Below are positions 16,475 through 27,740 of a stretch of DNA of 64,000 nucleotides, one piece after another (positions within the stretch are counted from its first letter, which is position 1; the number at the start of each line of letters is the position of its first letter). The position numbers were made by a program, and so were the translations under genes. Below the pieces are notes generated by a model, which did no database searches, had not been told where the DNA came from, and was given only the letters and a program-made list of their open reading frames with translations. The DNA is from an uncultured Bacteroidales bacterium (GTDB taxonomy: Bacteria; Bacteroidota; Bacteroidia; Bacteroidales; UBA10428): the NCBI GenBank assembly GCA_964560225.1, contig CAZLLD010000002.1:11713-75712 (forward strand). Reading direction: 5' to 3'.

Positions 16475-17785
16475 TTAGATTTCGCCAATGCGTTTGATAA
16501 CACTTTCGCGTTCGCTGTCCATTTTCAACCGGTAATAAACCGTTTTCAATGTTTCCAGGGCGCTTTTCTTTTCGTTGGGATCATTACTCGAAGTGCTTGC
16601 TTTTTCCATGTAAGGAATTACCTTTTTCAAAATTTCGTCTCCTTCTTTCTGCTTCTTTTCAAATTCATTGTTGTCCATAATTTTGGAGGCTTCCTCATAG
16701 ATTTTTACAGCCTGGTTGTAATACAATACTGCCAGGTTGTAATTGGCGTTGAAGAAATTCGGATTCTTTTCAAGACAACTCATATAGGCCTTTTCAGCAT
16801 CTTCACTGCGATCCAGCTTTTCATACAGCGTACCTTCAGTGAAATAATAGGAAATGTTTTCAGGATCACCTTCTTTTGCTTTATTGATCATCTCCAGAGC
16901 CTGAGGAACCTGTTTTGAATCAATATAGTAGTTGATCATTTCAATCATGATCGACTGGTCTTCGGGATATTTTGTAAATCCTTCGCGGATTACCTCAACA
17001 CCCTTAGCTGTGTCACCGCAGGCAAAAAAAGCCTGTTTGCGGAACACATAAAGAAGTGGATCTTTATAGTTATGTGAGGCAGTTTCTTCAAATAATTTGC
17101 TGGCTGTAGCAAAATCCTTATTCTCATATGCAGCGCGACCTGCAAAATACATGATGATGGTATCAACCCTGCCTTTCATTACCGGCAGCTTGTTCAGATC
17201 AATTATGCTGATAAAATTCTTTTGTGATGCCGCAAAATCACCTTTCTCATAAGCATTAATGGCTACATTCTGGTAAGCACTCTTCAGTGTTTCAACAACA
17301 GATTTGACATCGGCGTCGGCTTTGCCATCGGAATTCAGTTTGATGGCTTCATCAAGAGCCTTTTTTGCTTCAGGAAGCGGATTGGGATGTATTTTATCGG
17401 TCTCAATCCACTCATCGAGTTGACCGTTCCTGAAAATAAGGTTTACCCGCTCATAAATGTATGCTTGCATCTGGTCATTGCCATCCGTGTAAGTCTTTAT
17501 TTCCTTAGGCTCTTTTAGGAACAACTTAGCCTGTTCTGGTGGCATGCCTCTGGTTAACAAGTCGTTGTGAACGTTAAAAGCCTCAAGAAATACCTTTGCA
17601 CGAGAAGTCCAAGTTTTGGCCTTGGTATTCTTTTTTGCATTCTGGATATCTGCATCCGATTTTTCAATTTTCTTCTGCAACCCTGTATAGTTCAAAATGG
17701 TTGTAGATTCACCCGGTGCCTGAGCATTCAGGTTAACTCCAGCATAAAGAAAGATCGAAATAAGAAACAAAGTGATACGCTTCAT
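16475..17785 (-). CDS. Tetratricopeptide-repeat protein, secreted
   Basis: Signal peptide (MKRITLFLISIFLYAGVNLNAQA) and multiple TPR-like A/Y/F-periodic helices (e.g. YNLAVLYYNQAVKIYEEA). Confidence 0.75.
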   Translation of the reverse strand: MKRITLFLISIFLYAGVNLNAQAPGESTTILNYTGLQKKIEKSDADIQNAKKNTKAKTWTSRAKVFLEAFNVHNDLLTRGMPPEQAKLFLKEPKEIKTYTDGNDQMQAYIYERVNLIFRNGQLDEWIETDKIHPNPLPEAKKALDEAIKLNSDGKADADVKSVVETLKSAYQNVAINAYEKGDFAASQKNFISIIDLNKLPVMKGRVDTIIMYFAGRAAYENKDFATASKLFEETASHNYKDPLLYVFRKQAFFACGDTAKGVEVIREGFTKYPEDQSIMIEMINYYIDSKQVPQALEMINKAKEGDPENISYYFTEGTLYEKLDRSEDAEKAYMSCLEKNPNFFNANYNLAVLYYNQAVKIYEEASKIMDNNEFEKKQKEGDEILKKVIPYMEKASTSSNDPNEKKSALETLKTVYYRLKMDSERESVIKRIGEI

Positions 17786-17844
17786 TGTATTTGTTTTTAA
17801 TTTGTTTAGTTAATTCTGTATTGTATGAATATCAAAAATTTTGC

Positions 17845-17852
17845 CAAATATA
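17845..17852 (-). promoter_or_regulatory. Candidate -7 box (TAnnTTTG)
   Basis: TATATTTG on the minus strand, 60 nt upstream of the ATG at 17785. Confidence 0.3.
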
Positions 17853-17889
17853 ATTTGTATTTACTTATTGTCCAAAATTACCCAGAATA

Positions 17890-20397
17890 TTAGGCAGTTA
17901 AATCATCCTTTTCATTGCCTGCCACATCATCAGCTCCTCTCTCCTCGCCTTCTTCTGCAGAACCCACCACATCAGTCACAGCAGCAATTGAATCGCCGCT
18001 GCGGATGTTGATCAGCCTGACACCCTGGGTAGCTCTTCCCATAAGCCTTAGATTGGCCACTGCCAGCCGGATGGTGAGCCCGGATTTGTTGATGATCATG
18101 ATGTCATCCTTGTCGGTAACCGATTTAATGGCTATGAGCAGTCCGGTTTTATCGGTTATGTTGATGGTTTTCACCCCTTTACCACCCCTGTTGGTCACCC
18201 GGTAATCCTCCAGCTCAGTTCTTTTTCCATAGCCTTTTTCAGATACGACCAGGATTGACCTGGAGGGATCGTCAATGCAAACCATGCCGATAGCTACATC
18301 TTGCTCATCGTCGAACCTGACCCCGGTCACCCCGGATGCAGTTCTGCCTATAGGCCTTACCTTTTTTTCGGAAAACCTGATGGCTTTTCCTGAACGGGTG
18401 GCAATGAGGATCTCACTGTTGCCGCTGGTAAGCTGTGCCTCCAGGAGGCTGTCGCCTTCCCTGATATTGATGGCATTGATGCCGTTTTGCCTGGGTCGTG
18501 AATAGGCTTCAAGCGAAGTTTTCTTTATGATACCTTTCACGGTGCACAGCATGATGAAATTGTTTTTTATATAGTCTTCATCAATAAGACTCTTGACATT
18601 GATAAAGGCTTTCACCGTATCGCCCTGCTCAATGTTGAGCAGATTCTGAATGGCCCTGCCCTTGGATGTTTTTGTTCCCTCGGGAATTTCAAAAACCTTC
18701 AGCCAGAAACACCTTCCCTTTTCAGTGAAAAACAGCATGGTGTTGTGCATGGTGGCATGGTACATGTGTTCGAGGTAATCCTCGTCCCTGGTTTCGGAAC
18801 CTTTGGAACCCTTGCCTCCCCTGGCCTGCGTTCTGAATTCAGTCAGCGGTGTGCGTTTGATATACCCCAGGCGGGAAATGGTGATGATCATGTCGTCATC
18901 GGCGTAAAAATCCTCAGGATTGAATTCACCGGCATCGGGTACAATGGTGGTGCGGCGTTCATCGCCGTAACTTTCCATCACTTCTGTAAGCTCGTCTTTG
19001 ATTACCTGCATACGCATGGCTTCACTTTCGAGCAAGCTCTTCAGGTAGGCAATGGTTTTAAGAAGCTCTTCATACTCCAGCCGTATTTTGTCGCGCTCCA
19101 GTCCGGTGAGCCTTTGCAGCCTCATTTCCAATATGGCTTTGGCCTGTGCTTCAGAAAGGTTGAAGGTGGCAACCAGGCCGTCTTTTGCTTCATCGGGGTT
19201 TTTTGATGCCCTGATCAGGCTGATTACGGCATCCAGGTTGTCCAGGGCAATCAGCAAACCTTCGAGGATGTGGGCTTTCTTCTCCGATTCGTCCAGGTCG
19301 TATTTAGTTCTGCGGATTACCACATCGTGGCGGTGCTCCACAAAGTAACGGATGCTGTGGTACAGGTTCAGCAGCTTGGGTCTGCCGTGAACAAGGGCTA
19401 TGTTGTTCACGTTGAAGGCAGTTTGCATTTGTGTATGCTTGTACAGGTTATTCAGTACCACATTGGCCTGTGCTTCCTTCTTGCAGATGATTACCACCCG
19501 GATTCCGTTCCGGTCTGATTCGTCATTGATATATGAAATGCCCTCGAGTTTCTTGTCATTGATCAGTTCTGCTATCTTACGGATCATCTCGGCCTTATTC
19601 ACCTGGTAGGGCACTTCTTTAACAACAATCACCTCGCGACCGCTTGATGTTACTTCAATCTCGGTGCGTGCCCGCATAACAATACGTCCCCTGCCGGTTT
19701 CAAAAGCTTCTTTGATCCCCTGCAAACCATATATAATACCACCGGTAGGAAAATCCGGCCCTTTCATATGGATCATCAATTCTTCTGTGGTAATCTCCGG
19801 GTTGTCGATATAGGCAATTATCGCCCTGCACACTTCCTTCAGGTTGTGGGGAGGCATGTTGGTGGCCATGCCCACGGCAATACCTGAAGCACCATTTACA
19901 AGCAACTGGGGAATTTTTGACGGCAAAACGGTGGGTTCCTGCAGCGTGTCATCAAAGTTCAGCTGGAAATCAACCGTATTTTTGTCAATATCTGACAGCA
20001 TTTCCTCAGCCACCTTCCGCAGCCTGGCTTCGGTATATCGCATGGCAGCGGGACTGTCGCCGTCCATCGAACCAAAGTTGCCCTGTCCTTCCACCAGCGG
20101 GTAGCGGAGCGACCAATCCTGGGCCATCCTCACCATGGCATCATAAACCGATGAATCACCATGGGGGTGGTATTTTCCCAGGACCTCCCCGACAATACGG
20201 GCCGATTTCTTATAGGGACGATTTGAGAGTACGCCTAAATCCTGCATTCCAAAAAGAACCCTGCGGTGCACAGGTTTCAACCCGTCTCTCACATCGGGCA
20301 AAGCACGTGAAACAATAACCGACATCGAATAATCGATGTAGGCCGACTTCATCTCCTCCTCAATATTTATCGGTATAATCTTTTCTCCTTCAGCCAT
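17890..20397 (-). CDS. gyrA: DNA gyrase subunit A
   Basis: [31 protein letters not shown], the QRDR-region motif [17 protein letters not shown], the active-site AAMRYTE, and a C-terminal beta-pinwheel with GRATQGV-type repeats. Confidence 0.97.
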   Translation of the reverse strand: MAEGEKIIPINIEEEMKSAYIDYSMSVIVSRALPDVRDGLKPVHRRVLFGMQDLGVLSNRPYKKSARIVGEVLGKYHPHGDSSVYDAMVRMAQDWSLRYPLVEGQGNFGSMDGDSPAAMRYTEARLRKVAEEMLSDIDKNTVDFQLNFDDTLQEPTVLPSKIPQLLVNGASGIAVGMATNMPPHNLKEVCRAIIAYIDNPEITTEELMIHMKGPDFPTGGIIYGLQGIKEAFETGRGRIVMRARTEIEVTSSGREVIVVKEVPYQVNKAEMIRKIAELINDKKLEGISYINDESDRNGIRVVIICKKEAQANVVLNNLYKHTQMQTAFNVNNIALVHGRPKLLNLYHSIRYFVEHRHDVVIRRTKYDLDESEKKAHILEGLLIALDNLDAVISLIRASKNPDEAKDGLVATFNLSEAQAKAILEMRLQRLTGLERDKIRLEYEELLKTIAYLKSLLESEAMRMQVIKDELTEVMESYGDERRTTIVPDAGEFNPEDFYADDDMIITISRLGYIKRTPLTEFRTQARGGKGSKGSETRDEDYLEHMYHATMHNTMLFFTEKGRCFWLKVFEIPEGTKTSKGRAIQNLLNIEQGDTVKAFINVKSLIDEDYIKNNFIMLCTVKGIIKKTSLEAYSRPRQNGINAINIREGDSLLEAQLTSGNSEILIATRSGKAIRFSEKKVRPIGRTASGVTGVRFDDEQDVAIGMVCIDDPSRSILVVSEKGYGKRTELEDYRVTNRGGKGVKTINITDKTGLLIAIKSVTDKDDIMIINKSGLTIRLAVANLRLMGRATQGVRLINIRSGDSIAAVTDVVGSAEEGEERGADDVAGNEKDDLTA

Positions 20398-20545
20398 TTT
20401 TAGTGTTATGTTTTAGCAATATTAACAAAGGTGAAAACGCTTCATTAAATCAAGCAGCTAATGTAGGATTTTATTGCCTTTTAACCGTTTTTTTTTGAAT
20501 GTTTATATTAACAATTGCTGTTAAAAAACGTTAGTAATAAATTAG

Positions 20546-20553
20546 TATATTTG
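20546..20553 (+). promoter_or_regulatory. Candidate -7 box (TAnnTTTG)
   Basis: TATATTTG lies 44 nt upstream of the clpC ATG. Confidence 0.3.
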
Positions 20554-20596
20554 CTTTGTAAAACACAATCTGCAAAAGAAAACGAATTGATATTTT

Positions 20597-23167
20597 ATGG
20601 ATGCGAAGTTCTCTCAAAGAATTAAAGATGTACTTTCTTTTAGTAAAGAAGAAGCCATAAGGCTGGGAAATAAAGAAATAGCTCCCGAGCACATGTTGCT
20701 GGGCATTCTGCGTGAAGGCGAAGGTGTGGCCATTGATATTCTTGTTTCATTGGGAGCCAATCTTTACCAGCTGAAAAAAGATATTGAAACCATTATTTCG
20801 CCTGCCGGTCCTATCAAGGTTACAGAAACAGAAAATGTACCGCTGTTGAAAACATCGGAACGGATACTGAAACTGGTTTACCTCGAGGCCAAATCGTTGA
20901 AGAAAAGCACCATTGATACCGGGCACCTGTTGCTTGCCATAATTAAGGATGAAAGCACTCCTGTTTCACGAATCATGGCGGAGCACAATATTGATTATGA
21001 AAAGGTAAGAAGGGAATTGCTCAACGAGCACATGGCCGACAGTGAAGACAATGAGCCCCGGGCCGATTATCCGCATGAAGAGGACGAGTCAATGGGATCA
21101 TTTGGTTCTCCGGGCGGAGGCAAGGGACCTAATCCGGAACCTGGTCCCAAATCGAATTCCGATACCCCGGTGCTCGATAATTTCGGTGTCGATCTGACCA
21201 AAGCCGCTGAGGAAGACCGTCTCGACCCCATTGTAGGACGCGAGAAGGAAATCGAAAGACTGGCACAAATTCTCAGCAGGCGCAAGAAAAACAATCCCAT
21301 CCTGATCGGCGAACCCGGTGTGGGAAAATCAGCCATCGTGGAAGGACTTGCCTTACGGATCATTCAGAAAAAGGTATCCCGGGTTCTTTTTGGCAAGCGT
21401 GTGGTAACCCTTGACCTGGCTTCCATTGTTGCCGGAACCAAGTACCGCGGACAGTTTGAGGAACGCATGAAGGCCATTCTGAATGAGCTTTCAAAAACTT
21501 CCAATGTGGTGCTGTTTATCGATGAAATTCACACCATTGTGGGTGCCGGAGGCGCCACCGGTTCACTCGATGCCGCCAACATGCTGAAGCCTGCCCTGGC
21601 CCGGGGTGATATCCAGTGTATCGGAGCCACCACGCTTGACGAATACAGGCAACAGATTGAAAAAGACGGTGCTTTGGAGCGCCGGTTCCAGAAAGTAATG
21701 GTTGAACCCACCTCTCCGGAGGAAACTATAGAGATCCTGAATAATGTCAAGGAGCGCTATGAAGACCACCACAACGTGATTTATACTCCTGAGGCCATTG
21801 ATGCCTGTGTTAAGCTCACCAACCGGTATATTTCCGACAGGCACCTGCCCGATAAGGCTATTGACGCACTGGATGAATCGGGTTCCCGGGTACACATCTC
21901 CAACATACATGTGCCCGAGATGATCATTGAACTCGAAAAGAAAATTGAAGAAACCAAGAAGGAGAAGATCAAAGCCGTTAAAAACCAGAACTTCGAGAAA
22001 GCTGCCAGCTTCAGGGATAAGGAAAAGGAATTCCTTGAAGGACTGGAAGACGAAAAGCTCAAATGGGAAAAGGAGTTAACCCGCAACCGTCAGGTGGTTG
22101 ACGCTGAGAAAGTAGCTGAAGTAGTGGCTATGATGACCGGCGTTCCGGTGCAGCGAATTGCCCTGGAGGAAGGTCAGCGCCTGTTGAAAATGGGCGATGA
22201 ACTTAAAGGAAGTGTAATCGGACAGGACGAAGCCATTGAAAAAGTGGTGAAATCCATTCAACGTAACCGGGCCGGACTGAAGGACCCGAATAAACCCATC
22301 GGTACCTTTATCTTTTTAGGTCCCACCGGAGTTGGAAAAACCCAACTTGCCAAGGTGCTGGCGCATTACCTTTTTGATTCATTCAACAACCTGATCCGCA
22401 TTGATATGAGCGAATACATGGAGAAATTCTCTGTGTCGCGACTGGTCGGAGCGCCTCCGGGTTATATTGGTTACGAAGAAGGCGGACAGCTTACTGAAAA
22501 GGTTCGCAGACGTCCTTACAGCGTAGTGCTTCTCGATGAAATTGAAAAAGCACACCCCGATGTATACAACATATTGCTTCAGGTGCTTGATGAAGGCCAG
22601 CTAACCGACAGCCTGGGCCGTAAGGTCGATTTTCGGAATACCATTGTGATTATGACCTCAAACATTGGAACCCGCCAGCTGAAGGATTTCGGTCAGGGTG
22701 TGGGATTCTCCACCAAATCGAAACAGGAAACATCTAATGAATATGCCAAAAGCGTGATCCAGAATGCACTGAAGAAGGCATTTTCACCCGAGTTCCTAAA
22801 CCGTATTGACGATGTGGTTATTTTCAATACGCTCACACAGCAAGATATTCATAAGATCATTGATATTGAGCTCAAAGGCCTGTATGCCAGAATTATTGCC
22901 ATGGGCTACCAGTTGAAAATGTCGGATACGGCAAAGGATTTTATTGCCGAGAAGGGTTACGACGTTCAGTTTGGAGCCCGGCCGCTGAAACGAGCCATAC
23001 AGAAATACCTTGAAGATCCCATGGCCGAAGTGATCATCAAATCGAACATGAAGGAAGGTGATACCATTGTGATCGGGTTCAACAAAAAGAAGGAAGAAGT
23101 CACGATGAAAGTTCTTCATTCAGAGGAAGCTACTGATACGGCCCTGAGTGAGGCAGATGAGGCTTGA
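20597..23167 (+). CDS. clpC: ATP-dependent Clp protease ATP-binding subunit ClpC (Clp/Hsp100 class I)
   Basis: Two Clp_N repeats, two Walker A motifs ([17 protein letters not shown]), a UVR-like linker ([14 protein letters not shown]), and the ClpB D2-small domain. Confidence 0.93.
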   Translation: MDAKFSQRIKDVLSFSKEEAIRLGNKEIAPEHMLLGILREGEGVAIDILVSLGANLYQLKKDIETIISPAGPIKVTETENVPLLKTSERILKLVYLEAKSLKKSTIDTGHLLLAIIKDESTPVSRIMAEHNIDYEKVRRELLNEHMADSEDNEPRADYPHEEDESMGSFGSPGGGKGPNPEPGPKSNSDTPVLDNFGVDLTKAAEEDRLDPIVGREKEIERLAQILSRRKKNNPILIGEPGVGKSAIVEGLALRIIQKKVSRVLFGKRVVTLDLASIVAGTKYRGQFEERMKAILNELSKTSNVVLFIDEIHTIVGAGGATGSLDAANMLKPALARGDIQCIGATTLDEYRQQIEKDGALERRFQKVMVEPTSPEETIEILNNVKERYEDHHNVIYTPEAIDACVKLTNRYISDRHLPDKAIDALDESGSRVHISNIHVPEMIIELEKKIEETKKEKIKAVKNQNFEKAASFRDKEKEFLEGLEDEKLKWEKELTRNRQVVDAEKVAEVVAMMTGVPVQRIALEEGQRLLKMGDELKGSVIGQDEAIEKVVKSIQRNRAGLKDPNKPIGTFIFLGPTGVGKTQLAKVLAHYLFDSFNNLIRIDMSEYMEKFSVSRLVGAPPGYIGYEEGGQLTEKVRRRPYSVVLLDEIEKAHPDVYNILLQVLDEGQLTDSLGRKVDFRNTIVIMTSNIGTRQLKDFGQGVGFSTKSKQETSNEYAKSVIQNALKKAFSPEFLNRIDDVVIFNTLTQQDIHKIIDIELKGLYARIIAMGYQLKMSDTAKDFIAEKGYDVQFGARPLKRAIQKYLEDPMAEVIIKSNMKEGDTIVIGFNKKKEEVTMKVLHSEEATDTALSEADEA

Positions 23168-23169
23168 TA

Positions 23170-24465
23170 TTACAAGGCTTCACCCATCAGGTCGAATGCT
23201 TCGGCTCCTGTGATGCGCACCTGGTAAAAATTTCCGGTAACGAGGTTCTTCTTTTCGGTATGAATGAGGACCTCGTTATCAATTTCAGGAGAATCCGATT
23301 CTGTTCTTCCGGTGAAGTACTCCCCTTCCCTACCATCAACCAATACTTTAATTAAGCTCCCTATTTTATTATGATTTAATTCTGTAGATATCTTTTGCTG
23401 TATCTCCATCAGCTCTCCGGCACGAGCTTTTTTGGTTTTCTCGCGAATGACATCGGCATATTTCTTTGCTGCCCAGGTACCATCTTCTTCAGAATAAGTG
23501 AAAACACCCAGCCGGTCGAATTTTATGGTTTCAATGAAACGTTTCAGTTCCTTAAAAGCACCTGCAGTTTCACCCGGATGCCCGGTAATAAAGGTAGTAC
23601 GCAGGGTGATATCAGGTATTTCCCTGCGTATGTAATCAATGAGATCAAGGTCGCTTTGGTGGGTATGGCCCCTGCGCATCATACGAAGCACTTCATCACT
23701 GGCATGCTGAAAGGGAATATCAAGGTATTTGCAGATGTTTGCTCTTTCTTTCATCACCCCGATGACCTCTCGTGGGAAGTTGGCCGGGTAGGCGTAATGC
23801 AGCCTGATCCACTGAATGCCGCTGATATCCGATAATTTCCGGAGCAGCTCGGGCAATGCCTGTTTACTGTATAGGTCCTTTCCGTACATGGAAAGATCCT
23901 GTGCTATCAGGATCAGCTCTTTCACTCCCTTCTGTGCAAGCAACCGGGCTTCCTGCACCAGTAATTCCATGGGTCGCGAAACATGCTTACCGCGAATGAG
24001 CGGAATGGCACAAAAAGCACATTTTCGGTCACATCCTTCAGAGATCTTCAGATAGGCATAATGGCCGGGTGTAGTCAGCAAACGCTCACCCAAAAGATCG
24101 CGCCTGTAATTTAAACCAAGATGTTGAATGATAACTTCTAAATCATTAACTCCGAAATACTTGTCAACATCAGGTATTTCCTGTTCCAGGTCTTTCTTAT
24201 ACCTTTCTGACAGGCATCCCATTACATAAACCTGCTGAATCAATCCTTCTTCCTTGGCCCTGATGAATCTGAGAATGGTATCGATAGATTCCTGTTTGGC
24301 ATCCCGGATAAAGCCGCAGGTATTGATGATCACGGTTTTTGCAAGGAAACCTTCGGCATTGTGAAGCACCTTCACGTTGTTTGATTCAAGCTGCCTGAGG
24401 AGGAATTCCGAATCAACCACGTTTTTGGAGCATCCCAGGGTGATGATGTTTATTGCGGTTTTCAT
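23170..24465 (-). CDS. rimO: Ribosomal protein S12 methylthiotransferase
   Basis: UPF0004 N-domain (INIITLGCSKNVVDSE), radical-SAM CxxxCxxC (CDRKCAFC), and a C-terminal TRAM domain. Confidence 0.92.
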   Translation of the reverse strand: MKTAINIITLGCSKNVVDSEFLLRQLESNNVKVLHNAEGFLAKTVIINTCGFIRDAKQESIDTILRFIRAKEEGLIQQVYVMGCLSERYKKDLEQEIPDVDKYFGVNDLEVIIQHLGLNYRRDLLGERLLTTPGHYAYLKISEGCDRKCAFCAIPLIRGKHVSRPMELLVQEARLLAQKGVKELILIAQDLSMYGKDLYSKQALPELLRKLSDISGIQWIRLHYAYPANFPREVIGVMKERANICKYLDIPFQHASDEVLRMMRRGHTHQSDLDLIDYIRREIPDITLRTTFITGHPGETAGAFKELKRFIETIKFDRLGVFTYSEEDGTWAAKKYADVIREKTKKARAGELMEIQQKISTELNHNKIGSLIKVLVDGREGEYFTGRTESDSPEIDNEVLIHTEKKNLVTGNFYQVRITGAEAFDLMGEAL

Positions 24466-24490
24466 TCAATTTACGGAATTTCCGGGGAAC

Positions 24491-25942
24491 TCATTCATCT
24501 TTGGCCAGCCTGCTCCTTTTCCTGCTGTAAAAGAAGTAAATCAGCAAACCGGCGGCCATCCAAATCAGCAAGCGTTCCCAGGTTTCCCAGGGCAGGCTGA
24601 ACATCTGCAGCAGGCATACAGCTGCCCCTGCCAACGGAATCCAGGGAACCCAGGGCGTTCTGAAAGGCCGTGCTACATCGGGGCGCTTCTTTCGTAAAAT
24701 AATGACACTGATACATACTATGGTGAATGCCAGCAGCGTACCAATTGAAACCAGTTCGCTCAGTATGTGAATGGGAAGCAAACCTGCAATAAAACAGGCC
24801 ACTATGCCGGTAACAATGGTGGTAATATAAGGTGTTCTGAAGCGGGGATGCACTTTAGAAAAGCTTTTGGGCAGCAACCCGTCATTAGCCATGGTAAAGA
24901 AAATGCGGGGTTGACCCATGAGCATCACCAGGATAACCGAACTCAGACCGGCAATTGCTCCAAGTTTAATCAATGGCCGCAGCCATAACAATGCCTCTCC
25001 GGTTTTGTCAATTGCCAGCGCCAGCGGAGCAGGCACATTCAGGTTGGTATAATGTTCAATTCCGGTTAACACGGCAGAAACCAACACATATAAAACAGTA
25101 CATATGAGCAGCGATCCCAGAATACCTTTGGGCATGTCGCGCTGCGGATTTTTGGCTTCCTGGGCAGCAGTGGATACGGCATCAAAACCAATATAGGCAA
25201 AGAATATAACAGCTGCACCCCGCAGCACACCCGTGATGCCAAAATTTCCGAATTCACCTGTGGTATTGGGTGGTATAAAGGGTGTCCAGTTGGAAGTGTC
25301 GATAAACGAAAGCCCGAATCCGATGAAAAGCAGGATTACAATTACTTTTACTGCGACGATGATGTTGTTGAAACCGGCTGATTCTTTGATGCCGATTACC
25401 AGCAATGTGGAAAGCAGCGCGATAATGAACACGGCAGGAAAGTTGATGATGCTTCCGGTGAGTATCCATCCCTGACCTTTGATGTGATCGATGGGAGCAT
25501 TGCATAAGGCGTCCGGAATATGAACACCATAATCGTTCAAAAAACTGACCATATAACCCGACCAACCCACAGCAACCGTGGATGAGGCAAACAGGTACTC
25601 GAGGATCAGGTCCCATCCTATAATCCATGCAACGAATTCACCCAGCGTGGCATAGGAATAGGTATAAGCGCTTCCTGAAATGGGAATCATAGAGGCGAAT
25701 TCAGCATAACAGAGCCCGGCAAAAACACAACCCAAAGCAGAGATGAGGAAAGAAAGCACAAGAGCAGGACCGGCGAAATTAGCAGCCACCGTTCCGGTAA
25801 GCACAAAAATGCCTGTGCCGATGATGGCGCCAATTCCCAGGAAAACCAGGCTGGTCCCACCGAGCGCTCTTTTCAGACCATGTTCCTTGTCACCGGCTTC
25901 AGCCAGTAATTGCCCGATGGGTTTCGTTCTGAATAAATCCAT
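24491..25942 (-). CDS. Amino acid permease (APC superfamily, cationic-amino-acid-transporter-like)
   Basis: About 12 TM helices. N-terminal LKRALGGTSLVFLGIGAIIGTGIFVLTG signature. Confidence 0.9.
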   Translation of the reverse strand: MDLFRTKPIGQLLAEAGDKEHGLKRALGGTSLVFLGIGAIIGTGIFVLTGTVAANFAGPALVLSFLISALGCVFAGLCYAEFASMIPISGSAYTYSYATLGEFVAWIIGWDLILEYLFASSTVAVGWSGYMVSFLNDYGVHIPDALCNAPIDHIKGQGWILTGSIINFPAVFIIALLSTLLVIGIKESAGFNNIIVAVKVIVILLFIGFGLSFIDTSNWTPFIPPNTTGEFGNFGITGVLRGAAVIFFAYIGFDAVSTAAQEAKNPQRDMPKGILGSLLICTVLYVLVSAVLTGIEHYTNLNVPAPLALAIDKTGEALLWLRPLIKLGAIAGLSSVILVMLMGQPRIFFTMANDGLLPKSFSKVHPRFRTPYITTIVTGIVACFIAGLLPIHILSELVSIGTLLAFTIVCISVIILRKKRPDVARPFRTPWVPWIPLAGAAVCLLQMFSLPWETWERLLIWMAAGLLIYFFYSRKRSRLAKDE

Positions 25943-26008
25943 ATTTTTTGCGTTAGGGTTACTTTGTCCGCATCAAATATATTCTTTCCTGGAATTAAAT
26001 AATGTGAA

Positions 26009-26962
26009 TCAGGAAAAAAACAAAGCTTCAACAAAGGCATTTTTATCAAACAGATGCAGGTCCTCCATCTTCTCACCGATTCCAATGTAACGGACCGGAA
26101 TCTTAAACTGGTCGGATATGCCGATTACCACTCCGCCCTTGGCAGTGCCGTCGAGTTTGGTGATAGCCAGTGCATTTACCTGGGTAGCTTCGGTAAATTG
26201 TCTGGCTTGTTCAAAGGCATTTTGTCCGGTTGATCCGTCAAGCACCAGGAGTACTTCATGAGGTGCATCGGGGATGACCTTCTGTACTACCCTTCTGATC
26301 TTGGTAAGCTCATTCATCAGGTTGACTTTGTTGTGCAACCGGCCTGCAGTATCAATAATAACCACGTCAGCGTCATTAGCCATGGCTGAACTCACCGTAT
26401 CGTAGGCCACCGAAGCCGGATCGCTTCCCATTTGCTGCTTGACAACGGGAACTCCAACCCGTTCAGCCCAGATGGAAAGCTGATCAACAGCTGCTGCACG
26501 GAAGGTATCTGCTGCACCCAGGAAAACTTTCTTGCCGGCTCTCTTATATTGCCAGGCAAGTTTGCCGATGGTGGTGGTTTTACCAACGCCGTTCACGCCA
26601 ACCACCATCACTACATAGGGTTTTTGCTCAAAGTCGGCGGTGAAGTCAGTTGCCTGTCCCGCCTTGTTTTCTTCAAGAAGTGCGCAGATCTCCTCTTTGA
26701 GAATCAGGTTCAGTTCATCGGTATTCATGAATTTATCGCGGTTCACGCGTTTCTGAATGCGATCGATGATCCGCAAGGTGGTATTAACGCCTACATCAGA
26801 TGAAATCAGTGCTTCTTCCAGGTTGTCGAGTACCTCGTCATCCACAGTGGATTTGCCCATTACTGCACGGGAAATCCGTTTGAGAACGCTTTCCTTGGTT
26901 TTTTCAAGACCATGGTTGAGGTCCTCTTTATTTGCCTTGCTGAATATTCCGAAAAATGCCAT
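26009..26962 (-). CDS. ftsY: Signal recognition particle-docking protein FtsY
   Basis: NG domain with GVNGVGKTTTIGKLA, DTAGRLH and TKLDGTAKGG. Start taken at MAFFGIFSK (26962) rather than the track's 27034. Confidence 0.93.
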   Translation of the reverse strand: MAFFGIFSKANKEDLNHGLEKTKESVLKRISRAVMGKSTVDDEVLDNLEEALISSDVGVNTTLRIIDRIQKRVNRDKFMNTDELNLILKEEICALLEENKAGQATDFTADFEQKPYVVMVVGVNGVGKTTTIGKLAWQYKRAGKKVFLGAADTFRAAAVDQLSIWAERVGVPVVKQQMGSDPASVAYDTVSSAMANDADVVIIDTAGRLHNKVNLMNELTKIRRVVQKVIPDAPHEVLLVLDGSTGQNAFEQARQFTEATQVNALAITKLDGTAKGGVVIGISDQFKIPVRYIGIGEKMEDLHLFDKNAFVEALFFS

Positions 26963-27047
26963 GACTGACCGGGTTGATATGAGTGGTATCGAAAAAAAAA
27001 GGCTTTCTTGTGCAAAGAAAGCCAATTTATCCAAAAATTCAGATATC

Positions 27048-27203
27048 TTATTTCTGAGTAAAATAGTCTTTGATGTGGTCTACATGCACCATTTCTTCCT
27101 TGAACTGGTACGAACCGGATTTAGGTGATTTCACCATTTTTATGCATTTGGTAAAAGTTTTACCTGCTCCGGTCTTTAATGTTGCGATTACTTTTTTTGC
27201 CAT
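27048..27203 (-). CDS. DUF4295-family small protein (51 aa), absent from the ORF track
   Basis: Own translation: MAKKVIATLKTGAGKTFTKCIKMVKSPKSGSYQFKEEMVHVDHIKDYFTQK. It starts 6 nt after the rpmG stop. Position and sequence match the small conserved gene that follows rpmG in Bacteroidota (from memory). Confidence 0.7.
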   Translation of the reverse strand: MAKKVIATLKTGAGKTFTKCIKMVKSPKSGSYQFKEEMVHVDHIKDYFTQK

Positions 27204-27209
27204 GACTTA

Positions 27210-27392
27210 CTACTTGATTTCTTTGTGAACAGTTACTTTTTTGAGTGTCGGATTGTACTTCTTCAGCTCAATCCGGTCAGGAGTATTCTTCCTGTTCTTG
27301 GTGGTAATGTACCTCGACATGCCGGGCACACCACTGTTCTTGTGTTCGGTGCACTCAAGAATCACCTGTATTCTGTTACCTTTCTTTGCCAT
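27210..27392 (-). CDS. rpmG: 50S ribosomal protein L33
   Basis: [60 protein letters not shown]. Confidence 0.95.
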   Translation of the reverse strand: MAKKGNRIQVILECTEHKNSGVPGMSRYITTKNRKNTPDRIELKKYNPTLKKVTVHKEIK

Positions 27393-27410
27393 ATCCTGAT
27401 GTGCTATGTG

Positions 27411-27653
27411 TTAAATACTATTGATAAAACCTTTGGCTTTGGCTTCTTCCAGGGCCTTTTTCAAGCCAACCTTGTTGATGAGCCTGATTCCTGCAGCCGA
27501 AACCCTTAAATTAACCCAACGGTTCTCTTCCTGAAGGAAAAGCTTTTTGTCAAACAGGTTGACATCAAAGGTTCTTTTGGTTCTGCGCTTGGAATGTGAA
27601 ACATTGTTGCCCACCATCGCAGTTTTTCCCGTAATCTGACAAATTCTTGACAT
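27411..27653 (-). CDS. rpmB: 50S ribosomal protein L28
   Basis: [33 protein letters not shown]. Confidence 0.95.
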   Translation of the reverse strand: MSRICQITGKTAMVGNNVSHSKRRTKRTFDVNLFDKKLFLQEENRWVNLRVSAAGIRLINKVGLKKALEEAKAKGFINSI

Positions 27654-27740
27654 TTCTATAATCAGTTTATACGCTTTCTAAAAACAGGTTGCAAAGAACG
27701 TTATTTTTTTTTAAATATTCAAGAGTCGGGATAAAAATAT

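Noticed and set aside
17915-20318. Series of plus-strand ORFs (76-153 aa) inside gyrA, and similar ones inside clpC (21067-23119)
   Set aside because: They are antisense to near-universally conserved genes, and their Ser/Leu/Pro-rich composition is characteristic of reverse-frame translation.
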